Assembly: GCA_035519135.1 (NCBI GenBank)
Contig: DATIWX010000135.1
Coordinates: 1,459 to 65,458 of the forward strand
Source of the DNA: Burkholderiales bacterium
GTDB lineage: Bacteria; Pseudomonadota; Gammaproteobacteria; Burkholderiales; SG8-39
Direction of reading: 5' to 3'
DNA length: 64,000 nucleotides
Below the pieces are notes generated by a model. It was given only the letters and a program-made list of their open reading frames with translations, searched no databases and was not told where the DNA came from. The translations under genes were made by a program, and so were the position numbers. This document shows, in pieces, positions 46,698 through 55,259 of this stretch. How positions within the stretch are numbered: the first letter of the stretch is position 1; each line of letters opens with the position of its first letter.

Positions 46698-49523
46698 TCA
46701 CGATCCCGCCGCCAGATCCGGTTCTCCGCAGTGCGCCAGGATTTCCGCGCGCGCGAGGTTCCTGAGGGCGACCGCCGCGCTCCACGCCTGTCCTTGCGGC
46801 CGCAGCAGCGGGCCCGCGAGGATCTGGATCACGCCCCGCCGCGGGAGCCAGTCTCCGTCCCTCAGGACCGAGCGCGTTCCGCGGACCGCGACCGGCAACA
46901 CCGGTATGCCGGCGGCGGCAGCGGCGACGAATGCGCCCAGGTGGAACGGCAGCAGGCCCGGCGCGCGCGTGAACGTGCCTTCGGGGAAGAACACCAGCGA
47001 TTCGCCGCGCTCCGCGAGGTGCGACAGCTCGCGGGAATCGCGCACGCTGCGCTCGGTGTCGCCGCGCTCGACGAAGCGGACACCGTAGGCGCGGAGCAGC
47101 CAGCCGACGACGGGGTATTCGGCCAGCTCGCGCTTGGCCACGAAACAGAGACCGTCGGGCAAAGTCGCGAACAGCAGAAAAGCATCGAAATAACTCGAAT
47201 GGTTGGCGACGACCATGAGCGGCTCTCCGGGAAAGTTCTCGAGCCCGCGCACCAGGACGGGCAGTCCCGAGACACGCAGAAGCGCGCGGAGGAGAAGGCG
47301 AACGGCGCGCCGGCGCCGGGCGCTGCCCGGCAGCAGCAGGGCGGGGAAGGTGCCGAGCGCAAAAGCGGAGAACAGCGCCCAGAGCCAGGCGGCGTAGAGC
47401 CTTTCGGCGGCGGTGCGCCCGGCGCGCCGCAGACGCGCGCGCACCATGCTCCAGAGGAAACCGGCCCGCTGCCGCCATGCTTCGAGCCGCCCGGCGCTGA
47501 CCAGGCCGCGCTCGTAGGCGTCCCGGCTCGCGGCGCGCCGTATCTTGCCGCTCGAGGTCTTCAACACCGTGTGCGGCGGGGCGAGCACGATGTCGTCCGC
47601 AGGCGCGCCGAGAAGCTTCAGCGCGAGCTCGGCGAGCGCCTCGCGCAGTCTCTCCAGCCGCTCGCGGTCGGTGAACCGGGTCTCGGCGAGCACCACGACC
47701 TTTTCGGTCCCCAAGACCGGGTCGGCGACGCCGAACACGGCGACGCAGCCCTTGCGGATGCCCTCGAGATTTCCCGCGGCCGCCTCGAGCTCGTAGGGAT
47801 GCACGTGCTGACCGCCGCGGATGATGAGGTCCTTGGCGCGGCTGGTCGGAAAGATCTCGCCGCCGGCGATGTAGCCCAGGTCTCCCGTATCGAGCCAGTC
47901 GCCGTCGAACAGGGACCGCGTCGCTTCGGCATTGCGGAAATAGCCGGCGGTCGCGGACGGGCCGCGAAACTCGATGCGCCCCTCGCGGCGCTCGGGCAGC
48001 TCGCGCCCGTTCCCGTCGACGACGCGGATCGGGTGCCGCGGCAGAGGCACTCCGCAAGCGGCGAAGGGCAGGGCGTCGGCGTCGTCGGCACGCGCGGATG
48101 AGGCGACGCCCTCGAGCATGAGCGGGCGCCGCTCGACGCGATCGACGAGCGGCCCGCGCCCGAGCGGCGGAAAGGCGAGGCCGACCGCGCACTCTGCGAG
48201 CCCGTACACCGGTGCGAGCGCGGAAGGCGCGAAGCCGTGCGCCGCGAAGCGCCCGGCGAAGCGCGCCAGGGTATCGGGACTCACCGGTTCCGCGCCGTTG
48301 AATGCGATGCGGAGGGAGCTCAGGTCGAGGCCTGCGAGATCGCGTTCGTCCACGCGCGCGGCGCACAGCTCGTACGCGAAGTTGGGCGCCGACGTGAGCG
48401 TGCCGCGATAGCGGTGAATCGCCCACAGCCAGCGCGAAGGCCTCGTCAGGAACGACGCCGGCGGCATGACGACCAGCGGAAACGCGAAATACAGGCTTCC
48501 GAGCCATGCGCCGATGAGGCCCATGTCGTGGTAGAGCGGCAGCCAGCTCACGAACACGTCGTGCGAATCGGCGGCGACGGCTTGCCCCATCGCGCGGATA
48601 TTGGCGAGCAGATTCGCGTGGCTCAGCATCACGCCCTTCGGATTGCCGGTGCTCCCGGAGGTATATTGCAGCAGGGCGAGATCCTCGCTGCGCCGCGGTC
48701 GCGGCCCCGGGGCCTCGGGCCTGGCGAGCTGCGATACGGTCACGCAGCTTCGCAATGTGGGAACCTGGTCGCGCAACAAGGCGGCAAAGCGCTCCGCCTC
48801 CGGAAACGTGACCAGCAGCTTCGCCAGGCAGTTGTTCAATATGCCGGATTGGCGGCGCAGATGCTCCGCGATGTCCGACGCGCGCGCCGGAGGATAGATG
48901 GGCACGGGCACGGCCCCGGCGATCACAACGGCGAAGAACACGCCGAAAAACTCGCGGCAGGTCGGAAGCATGATGGCGACGGTGTCACCCGCCCCGACGC
49001 CGAGATCGGCGAATCCCGCCGCAAGGCGTCCAGCCTCGCCGCGAAGCTCGGCGTAGCTCATCGGCTCGCCGCGCTCGCCCTCGGCGAGCAGCACGACGTG
49101 CACGCGCGCGGGATGCGCAGCGACGTGCCAGTCGAGGACGTCGAGGAGCGTCGCGGCCTCATCGGGGAGCTCTTCGCTTCCGAGCGCGGCCTGCACGATC
49201 GGCGTCGCGGCCTGCGCGCCCGGCTCCGATGCGCGCGCGCCTCCTGCCCGCACCGCCCGGAGCAGGTCGCGCGGCGTTTCCGCCGTGCCGAGCAGATGCT
49301 CCGGCAGCCGCAGGTCGAAGGCGCGCTCGATGCGCATGATCAGTTCCACGCGGGCGAGGCTGTCGATGCCGAGGTCGCGCTCGAGCGAGCTGTCCAGGCG
49401 CACCGCCCTCGCGCGCCCGCCCTGTTCCGATTCCCGGAGGAGCTCGGCGATGACGGCAAGCAGTGTCGCGGAGAGCGCCTCGTTCGCCGGCTCGGTGCGC
49501 GGGCGGTCGCTTACTTCGGGCAT
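46698..49523 (-). CDS. tri-domain fusion: acyl carrier (PP-binding), AMP-dependent acyl ligase, and PlsC-type acyltransferase
   Basis: 941 aa. The N-terminus has ..LGIDSLARVELIMRIE.. The core has ..LQYTSGSTGNPKGVMLSHANL.. The C-terminus has ..VANHSSYFD.. and ..FPEGTFT.. Confidence 0.8.
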   Translation of the reverse strand: MPEVSDRPRTEPANEALSATLLAVIAELLRESEQGGRARAVRLDSSLERDLGIDSLARVELIMRIERAFDLRLPEHLLGTAETPRDLLRAVRAGGARASEPGAQAATPIVQAALGSEELPDEAATLLDVLDWHVAAHPARVHVVLLAEGERGEPMSYAELRGEAGRLAAGFADLGVGAGDTVAIMLPTCREFFGVFFAVVIAGAVPVPIYPPARASDIAEHLRRQSGILNNCLAKLLVTFPEAERFAALLRDQVPTLRSCVTVSQLARPEAPGPRPRRSEDLALLQYTSGSTGNPKGVMLSHANLLANIRAMGQAVAADSHDVFVSWLPLYHDMGLIGAWLGSLYFAFPLVVMPPASFLTRPSRWLWAIHRYRGTLTSAPNFAYELCAARVDERDLAGLDLSSLRIAFNGAEPVSPDTLARFAGRFAAHGFAPSALAPVYGLAECAVGLAFPPLGRGPLVDRVERRPLMLEGVASSARADDADALPFAACGVPLPRHPIRVVDGNGRELPERREGRIEFRGPSATAGYFRNAEATRSLFDGDWLDTGDLGYIAGGEIFPTSRAKDLIIRGGQHVHPYELEAAAGNLEGIRKGCVAVFGVADPVLGTEKVVVLAETRFTDRERLERLREALAELALKLLGAPADDIVLAPPHTVLKTSSGKIRRAASRDAYERGLVSAGRLEAWRQRAGFLWSMVRARLRRAGRTAAERLYAAWLWALFSAFALGTFPALLLPGSARRRRAVRLLLRALLRVSGLPVLVRGLENFPGEPLMVVANHSSYFDAFLLFATLPDGLCFVAKRELAEYPVVGWLLRAYGVRFVERGDTERSVRDSRELSHLAERGESLVFFPEGTFTRAPGLLPFHLGAFVAAAAAGIPVLPVAVRGTRSVLRDGDWLPRRGVIQILAGPLLRPQGQAWSAAVALRNLARAEILAHCGEPDLAAGS

Positions 49524-49612
49524 GAGAATCCGTCTTCGGGGAAAGCCGCTCTAACTTCGCCGTCGACCTTCGAAAGAACTCCACCATGTTGCGCGACCAT
49601 GCGCGGCGACCC

Positions 49613-49626
49613 TTGATCCAAATCAA
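49613..49626. promoter_or_regulatory. FNR/FixK-type box TTGATCCAAATCAA (perfect) in a divergent region
   Basis: Its centre is 96.5 bp from the ATG at 49523 (minus strand) and 36.5 bp from the ATG at 49656 (plus strand). Confidence 0.6.
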
Positions 49627-49655
49627 GAATCGGGGCGCCGTCCGCGCGTTGATGC

Positions 49656-50189
49656 ATGTCAACACGGATGGCGCAGCCGGCTGTCAAAGTGTGGGCGATG
49701 GATTCCGGGTCGAAAATTCGGATCAACCGGTTCAGCTTCGGGGGTACCGCCGGCATCGTCGCCTGCGTGGCTCTCGTCGTCGGTCTCGGTGCGGCGGGCG
49801 CGCCGAAGTCGGTGATCGTCAGCAGCCTCCTGATCGTCGCGCTGGCCGACAATCTCACCGACTCCCTGAGCATCCATATCTATCAGGAGTCCGAGCGCCT
49901 CCCGGGGAAAGAGGCGTTTCTCGCGACCACCTCGAACTTCGTGTCGAGGCTGCTGGTGTCGTTGAGCTTCGTTCTACTCGTGCTGGCGCTGTCGATCCGC
50001 GTCGCGGTCGTGGCGGCGCTCGCCTGGGGACTGTTCCTCCTGGGTCTGCTCAGCTGGATGATCGCCCGGCAGCGCGGCGTGCAGCCGGTTCCCGAAGTGG
50101 CCAAGCATCTGTTCGTGGCCCTGGTCGTGGTGGCCGTCGCCGAGCTCATCGGCGACTGGATCCCCACCCTGCTCCCGGCCGGTCCCTGA
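49656..50189 (+). CDS. small VIT1/CCC1-like membrane protein (tentative)
   Basis: 177 aa with ..FSFGGTAGIV.. and ..LIVALADNLTDSLSIHIYQESE.., followed by TM helices. The start is uncertain (in-frame ATGs at 49656, 49668 and 49698). Confidence 0.5.
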   Translation: MSTRMAQPAVKVWAMDSGSKIRINRFSFGGTAGIVACVALVVGLGAAGAPKSVIVSSLLIVALADNLTDSLSIHIYQESERLPGKEAFLATTSNFVSRLLVSLSFVLLVLALSIRVAVVAALAWGLFLLGLLSWMIARQRGVQPVPEVAKHLFVALVVVAVAELIGDWIPTLLPAGP

Positions 50190-50221
50190 GGCTCCCGCGT
50201 TCACCTGCCGGCGCTGCCCGA

Positions 50222-51235
50222 ATGCGTCCGATGCTCATGCCGCAGCTCGTAAACCCGGCGTTCGGCGACCCGGGCCTGTACGTGGATTTCCGCAACGAGA
50301 AGCGCGCGCTGCTCTTCGACATCGGCGACATCGGCATGCTCGCGCCGCGCAAGCTGCTGCGTCTCTCGCATGTGTTCGTCTCGCACACGCACATGGATCA
50401 TTTCATGGGCTTCGACGCGCTGCTGCGCGTGAGCCTGGGGCGCGATGTCGCGGTGCGCCTGTTCGGCCCGCCGGGATTCGTCGACCAGGTCGCGCACAAG
50501 CTCGCCGCCTACACCTGGAACCTCGCCGAATCCTACCCGGGCGATTTTTCGGTGCTCGGGTCGGAACTGCACGCGGACGGCAGGCTCATTTCGGCGCTGT
50601 TCCGCTGCCGGCGCCGCTTCGAGCGCGAAACGCTCGAGGAGGCGCATGTCGAGGACGGCATCCTGGTCGACGAACCCGGGTTCCGGGTTCGCACCGCGTT
50701 TCTCGAGCATCGAACCCCCTGCCTCGCCTTCGCCGTCGAAGAGAAGGCGCACGTCAACATCTGGAAGAATCGCCTCGACGAGATGGGCCTTCCGGTCGGA
50801 CCCTGGATCCGGGACCTCAAGGAAGCGGTGCTCGAAGGTGCGCCCGACGACGCGCCGGTCCGGGCCTCGTGGAAAGAGAAGGGCGAGCGGACGGAACGCG
50901 TTCTTGCCCTCGGTGAACTGAAGGCGCGGGCGCTGCAAGTCGTTCCGGGGGAGAAGCTGTGCTATGTGACCGACGCCGCGTTCAGCGTGCAGAACGCGCA
51001 GCGCATCGTCTCCCTGGCGAAAGACGCCGATCTGCTTTTCATCGAGTCGGTCTTCCTCCAGGAGGATGTCGATCAGGCGCAACGGAAGTGCCACCTGACG
51101 GCGCGCCAGGCGGGAGAGATCGCGCGCGCCGCCGGCGCGCGCGCCGTCGAGCCTTTCCACTTCTCCCCGCGCTACGCGGGGCGCGAAGGCGAGCTGCGTG
51201 CCGAGCTGGAGCTCGCGTTTCGCGGCTCGAGCTAG
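50222..51235 (+). CDS. metallo-beta-lactamase-fold hydrolase, RNase Z/ElaC-like
   Basis: ..VFVSHTHMDHFMGFD.. is the HxHxDH motif. The C-terminal part has ..HLTARQAGEIA.. Confidence 0.7.
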   Translation: MRPMLMPQLVNPAFGDPGLYVDFRNEKRALLFDIGDIGMLAPRKLLRLSHVFVSHTHMDHFMGFDALLRVSLGRDVAVRLFGPPGFVDQVAHKLAAYTWNLAESYPGDFSVLGSELHADGRLISALFRCRRRFERETLEEAHVEDGILVDEPGFRVRTAFLEHRTPCLAFAVEEKAHVNIWKNRLDEMGLPVGPWIRDLKEAVLEGAPDDAPVRASWKEKGERTERVLALGELKARALQVVPGEKLCYVTDAAFSVQNAQRIVSLAKDADLLFIESVFLQEDVDQAQRKCHLTARQAGEIARAAGARAVEPFHFSPRYAGREGELRAELELAFRGSS

Positions 51236-51501
51236 CCGGTCGAAGGCGGCGGCCCGCGGCGCCAGATCAGCTCGCCGTCCCGCCACACCTCGCGCACGCG
51301 ATGCAAGGGCACTGTGTGCAACGTGCCGTCGTCTTCCACCGCGTCGAAGGAGAAGTGCTCGCCAGAAGCAAAGTGGATGCGGCGGAACGGCACCTTGACG
51401 ATCCTCTTCGCGACATGGTCGTCGTAACCGACTGCAAACTCGGATTTCGAGAACTCCGGGTCCCAGCGGATGCGGTTGAGCAGGTCCTGGATGGGGATCA
51501 C
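51232..51501 (-). CDS. DUF504-family protein (found with RNA repair genes)
   Basis: 89 aa: ..LLNRIRWDPEF..VGYDDHV..VPLHRVREVWRDGELIWRR. ATGA overlap with the rtcA stop. Confidence 0.6.
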   Translation of the reverse strand: MIPIQDLLNRIRWDPEFSKSEFAVGYDDHVAKRIVKVPFRRIHFASGEHFSFDAVEDDGTLHTVPLHRVREVWRDGELIWRRGPPPSTG

Positions 51502-52529
51502 GGCGCGGCGAGGACGATCCGGGACAGCGCACCGGCCTGGGAGACTTCGAAGCGCACCGGCAGGAACTTCTCGATGAGCCAGATGCAGGTGCGGGCGTGC
51601 AAGCTCACGGCGCGCGTTGTCAGCGCACCACCCCGGGCGAGGGCGAAGTAGACCAGCAGCTGGTCGGCGGCGTGCAGGTCGACCGCGGCCCCCGCGGCGA
51701 GATCCGCGGCGAGCTCCGTCCCGGCCGCCTCGCCGAGCGCCTCGGCCCCTACGCCGCGCTCAGCGGTCCGTCCGGCACCGAGGACCGTGCTCTCGGCATG
51801 CGCCCAGGCGACGATCGCGCCGCCCGGGCCGATCGCCTCATCCGGGCCGAGCACGCGGCATGCGATGTCCGGCGTCACGCCTCGCAGCGATGCAAGCCGG
51901 TCGAGGGCGGAGGCGCGCATGCGCATGGCGATGTGCTCGGGCAGGTTCGCGACGTGCGCAAGCCCCGACAGGCTCCGCAATGCGCCGGGCGCGTCGAACG
52001 CGGCGGGCCGGAGCGCGGAAGGCGATACGGAGACCCGCACTTCCCCGCCGCCGTGCGGATAGTAGCCGCGTCTCCGGACCTCGAGCCGGACTCGCGCACC
52101 CATCCGCGAGAGGAGCTCCAGCAGGACCTCGCGAAAGTAGTCGAGCGGCGGCGCCATGCGCACGTCGGTTCCGCCGATGATGTCCGCGTCGCACGGCTTG
52201 CCGCTCGCGATCATCACCGGAAGCAAGGCTTGCAGGAGCAGTGTCACACTCCCGGCCGTGCCTACGTCGAAACGAAAACTGCCACCCTCCAGCGCGCGCG
52301 GCCTGAGGGTGAAGAACTGCGACCGAAGCTGCACGCCTTCGACGCTAGCGCCCGCGAGCGCGGCGACCGCCCGCACCGCCGCGACGTGCTGCGGGGCAAG
52401 CCCGGGCTTGTCCCGATTGGCGCGGACGTTGCGGACGGCGACCGGGCGACCGGTGATCGCCGAGAGCGCCGCGGCGGTGCGCACGACCTGGCCGCCGCCC
52501 TCTCCATAGGATCCGTCGAGTTCGAGCAC
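51498..52529 (-). CDS. rtcA: RNA 3'-terminal phosphate cyclase
   Basis: 343 aa: MLELDGSYGEGGGQVVRTAAALSAITGRPV..NRDKPGLAPQH.. Confidence 0.9.
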   Translation of the reverse strand: MLELDGSYGEGGGQVVRTAAALSAITGRPVAVRNVRANRDKPGLAPQHVAAVRAVAALAGASVEGVQLRSQFFTLRPRALEGGSFRFDVGTAGSVTLLLQALLPVMIASGKPCDADIIGGTDVRMAPPLDYFREVLLELLSRMGARVRLEVRRRGYYPHGGGEVRVSVSPSALRPAAFDAPGALRSLSGLAHVANLPEHIAMRMRASALDRLASLRGVTPDIACRVLGPDEAIGPGGAIVAWAHAESTVLGAGRTAERGVGAEALGEAAGTELAADLAAGAAVDLHAADQLLVYFALARGGALTTRAVSLHARTCIWLIEKFLPVRFEVSQAGALSRIVLAAP

Positions 52530-52554
52530 GCCTCTACGGCCGGCCCGCCAATCC

Positions 52555-52947
52555 TCAAAGCGTGGGTTTGCCGGGCTGGAGAAACTTCTTTTCGTAAGCG
52601 CTCTGGCAGGCGATACAGCGTTTCGCTGTCGGCTCGCTGCGCAACCGCGCCAGCCCGATCTCGCCGCCGCAATCGATGCACGTCCCGTAGCGGCCCTCGC
52701 TTATGCGGGCCAGGGCCGAGTCGATCTCGCGCAGCTCCTGCAGATCGCGGGAAAGCTCGGCGTTCTCGACGTCCGAGATGAGATCGGCGGTGGCTTCGTC
52801 ACCCGTATCCGCGACGGGCCCCGTCGACTGCGAGTAGACATCCTCGCGTGCCTTCGCCGCATCGGCGTGCGCTTCCACCTCGAGAAATTCGCGGCGCTTC
52901 GTCAGCGCCCCCTTGAGTTCCTGCAGTTGTTCGGGCTTCAGTGGCAT
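52555..52947 (-). CDS. DksA/TraR-family C4 zinc-finger protein
   Basis: 130 aa with a coiled-coil N-terminus and ..CIDCGGEI..RCIACQ.. Confidence 0.8.
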   Translation of the reverse strand: MPLKPEQLQELKGALTKRREFLEVEAHADAAKAREDVYSQSTGPVADTGDEATADLISDVENAELSRDLQELREIDSALARISEGRYGTCIDCGGEIGLARLRSEPTAKRCIACQSAYEKKFLQPGKPTL

Positions 52948-52973
52948 GGTGGTTCTCCGTGTCGGTGCTTCGT

Positions 52974-53537
52974 TCAGTCCGGTGCGTAGTCGAGCGGCCA
53001 GCGCTTCGAGAGGAAGCGGACGATGTGCGCGTCCGCGCCGGGCGAGCCATAGGTCCATACGGGCCCGTCCATGACGAGCTTGCCCAGCTTGCAAGGGCGG
53101 ATGTTCAGGGCGAGGACCGGCAGCTTGCGCTGCCGCAGTTCCGCCGCCTGCTCCTCGTATCCGGACTCGCCTTCGAAGAAAAGCCATTCTCGCACGAAGG
53201 CATCCTGCATCCGCTCCAGCTCGTGGCACAGGTCGATGGAGACCGGGACCGGCCGGTCGATCGGCGCTTCGCCCTTGGTGGAGGCCATGAGCCAGTTTCC
53301 GTAGACGTCGTCCTCGACCGACCGGTAGCAGACGGTCTCGCGGGTGGAGTAGTAATGCTCCAGCATGAAGAAACGGGCCGGATGCTCGTGTGCCCTCGCC
53401 CCCGTGAACCAGCCGTACACATGGTCCTCTCTGACGAACCAGAAGAGGGCACACACAAGCCCCGCACCGCGCAGTGCGTAGGCGACGTGAACATGGGGCT
53501 CGATCATGATTTCTCGACTGATTCCGGCAATCTCCAT
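52974..53537 (-). CDS. hypothetical protein, first gene of the apparent rtcA operon
   Basis: 187-aa ORF with normal-looking composition. I recognised no motif. Confidence 0.5.
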   Translation of the reverse strand: MEIAGISREIMIEPHVHVAYALRGAGLVCALFWFVREDHVYGWFTGARAHEHPARFFMLEHYYSTRETVCYRSVEDDVYGNWLMASTKGEAPIDRPVPVSIDLCHELERMQDAFVREWLFFEGESGYEEQAAELRQRKLPVLALNIRPCKLGKLVMDGPVWTYGSPGADAHIVRFLSKRWPLDYAPD

Positions 53538-53567
53538 TTGACTCTAGCCTCTCGACCGACTAATTCC

Positions 53568-53581
53568 TTGCGCTAGATCAA
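53568..53581. promoter_or_regulatory. degenerate FNR-type box TTGCGCTAGATCAA in a divergent region
   Basis: The right half-site is perfect and the left half matches 3/5. Its centre is 37.5 bp from the ATG at 53537 and 67.5 bp from the ATG at 53642. Confidence 0.35.
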
Positions 53582-53641
53582 ATGCCGGACCGCGCGGATA
53601 CGCAAGCATGCAGGTGAGCCATCGACAGGGTCAGGTGAACC

Positions 53642-54184
53642 ATGCAAGTCCCATTGGAGATTACGGTAAGGGGTATGCCGCACTCGCCCGCCCTCGAGGC
53701 GCGCATCCGCGAGAAGGCGGCAAGATTGGAGGAGTTCGATTCGCGCATCATCCGCTGCCACGTCATGGTGGAAGAGTCCGGCAAGCACCAGCATCAGGGG
53801 CATCGGTTTACCGTGCGCATCGACGTGCGCGTTCCCGGGCGCGAGATCGCGGTAACCCACGAACACCACGAGGACGTCTTCGTCGCGCTGCGGGACGCGT
53901 TTGACGCCGCCAAGCGACAGCTGGAGGACGTGGTCCGCGAGAAGCGCGGCGACGTCAAGGTCCACGTGGTCCCGCAGCACGGGCGCGTCGCGCGGCTCAG
54001 TTTCGACGAGGGCTTCGGTTTCATCGAGACCTCAGACGGACGGGAACTCTATTTCAGCCGTGAAAACGTCGTGTACCCGGCGTTCGAACGCTTGGAACCC
54101 GACATGCCGGTGCAGTTCATCGAGGAGGTTGCCGGTGAAGGTCCTCAGGCAAAGCGGGTGAGCGCCGGCAAGCACGCCGTTTAG
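53642..54184 (+). CDS. HPF/RaiA-type ribosome hibernation factor fused to a C-terminal cold-shock domain
   Basis: The N-terminus is MQVPLEITVRGMPHSPALEARIREKAARLEEF..FVALRDAFDAAKRQL. The C-terminus is ..GRVARLSFDEGFGFIETSDGRELYFS.. Confidence 0.8.
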   Translation: MQVPLEITVRGMPHSPALEARIREKAARLEEFDSRIIRCHVMVEESGKHQHQGHRFTVRIDVRVPGREIAVTHEHHEDVFVALRDAFDAAKRQLEDVVREKRGDVKVHVVPQHGRVARLSFDEGFGFIETSDGRELYFSRENVVYPAFERLEPDMPVQFIEEVAGEGPQAKRVSAGKHAV

Positions 54185-54204
54185 CTCGCAATCAGGAGGT
54201 CGCC

Positions 54205-54378
54205 ATGACCGAGGAGAAGAAGCCTTCCAAACGCGAAATACCGCAGCCCGAAATCCAGGAAGGGCACAGCCGCGGCAAAGCGCGCGATGACAAGCTGAAG
54301 CGCATCATCAAGCGTCACCCCACGCGCGACGAGCCCCGTGTCGACGACGTGGACGAGATGGACTTGCCGCCCTCCTAG
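54205..54378 (+). CDS. 57-aa highly charged small protein (not in the supplied ORF track)
   Basis: AGGAGG lies 6 nt upstream of the ATG at 54205. My translation is MTEEKKPSKREIPQPEIQEGHSRGKARDDKLKRIIKRHPTRDEPRVDDVDEMDLPPS*. Confidence 0.45.
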   Translation: MTEEKKPSKREIPQPEIQEGHSRGKARDDKLKRIIKRHPTRDEPRVDDVDEMDLPPS

Positions 54379-54686
54379 AGGTCTTTCACACGCGGGCCGG
54401 GTGGGCGGTCACTTCGACTCCCGGATTCGGGAGCCGGGCCGTTCTCGGTTTTCGCGACAGCCGGACCCGCGCGAGTGAACGCGCCGAGCGTCCATTCGCC
54501 TTTCACCTCATCCCGGCGAAGAATATAGACGTGCCCGTCGTCGCCCCTGATCCTGAAATAGCGATGGTCAGGAGCCATCCAGCGGTCCAGGATCTCGAGC
54601 GCCGCAATGCGGCGCTCTCCAAGCCAGAAGGCCCGCGGCTCCTGCTCGCCGCGGTACCCGGCATAGCACTCGACCCGGATTTCCAT
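54375..54686 (-). CDS. hypothetical protein
   Basis: 103-aa ORF lying 8 nt downstream of the CBS gene on the same strand. The composition looks coding. Confidence 0.5.
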   Translation of the reverse strand: MEIRVECYAGYRGEQEPRAFWLGERRIAALEILDRWMAPDHRYFRIRGDDGHVYILRRDEVKGEWTLGAFTRAGPAVAKTENGPAPESGSRSDRPPGPRVKDL

Positions 54687-54693
54687 CGCCCGC

Positions 54694-55143
54694 TCAGTGG
54701 CGCGACTGCTGCTCCTGGAAGCGCTCGCGCCCGATCACCTGGGCGAGCAAGATGATCTGTTCTCCGACGACCTTGAGCAGGTCGTCCAGGGTGACGATCC
54801 CAGCCAGCCCGCCCTGATCATCCACCACCGGTATGCGCCGCACGCCCTTGTGGCGCATGAGCTCCACCGTTTCGAAGATATCGCTTCCCTCGCCGACGGT
54901 GACGAGCTCCCGACCCATGAGGTCTCCCGCTGTGACTAGCGCCGGATCGACTTCCTTCGCCATGACCTCGACCACCAGATCCCGATCGGTGACGATGCCA
55001 ACGGCGACCTTCTTGCCGTTGGGCTGGTCGACGACTACGACGTCGCCCACGTGCGAATCCCGCATGAGTTGGGACAATTCGAGCGCGCTCGCCTTCCTGT
55101 GGCACTCGATCACTTCCCGGATACAAAAGTCTCCGACGCGCAT
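54694..55143 (-). CDS. CBS-domain pair protein
   Basis: 149 aa with two CBS repeats (..VGIVTDRDLV.., ..LAGIVTLDDLL..). Confidence 0.85.
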   Translation of the reverse strand: MRVGDFCIREVIECHRKASALELSQLMRDSHVGDVVVVDQPNGKKVAVGIVTDRDLVVEVMAKEVDPALVTAGDLMGRELVTVGEGSDIFETVELMRHKGVRRIPVVDDQGGLAGIVTLDDLLKVVGEQIILLAQVIGRERFQEQQSRH

Positions 55144-55259
55144 AAGGCCTCCTGCTCTCTCGCAACCGTTTTCAAAGATCCCGCTATTTCATTCTCGACG
55201 GCAGGCGGATCGTCCGCCCGGCGACCATGAACGCGCCGCGGCCCAGGAAGGCGACCACT

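Noticed and set aside
45577-48507. A 976-aa minus-strand ORF suggesting a giant CapA fusion
   Set aside because: Only the C-terminal 371 codons, from the ATG at 46692, are CapA-like. The upstream part is an Arg-rich alternative frame of the acyl ligase fusion gene (46698..49523).
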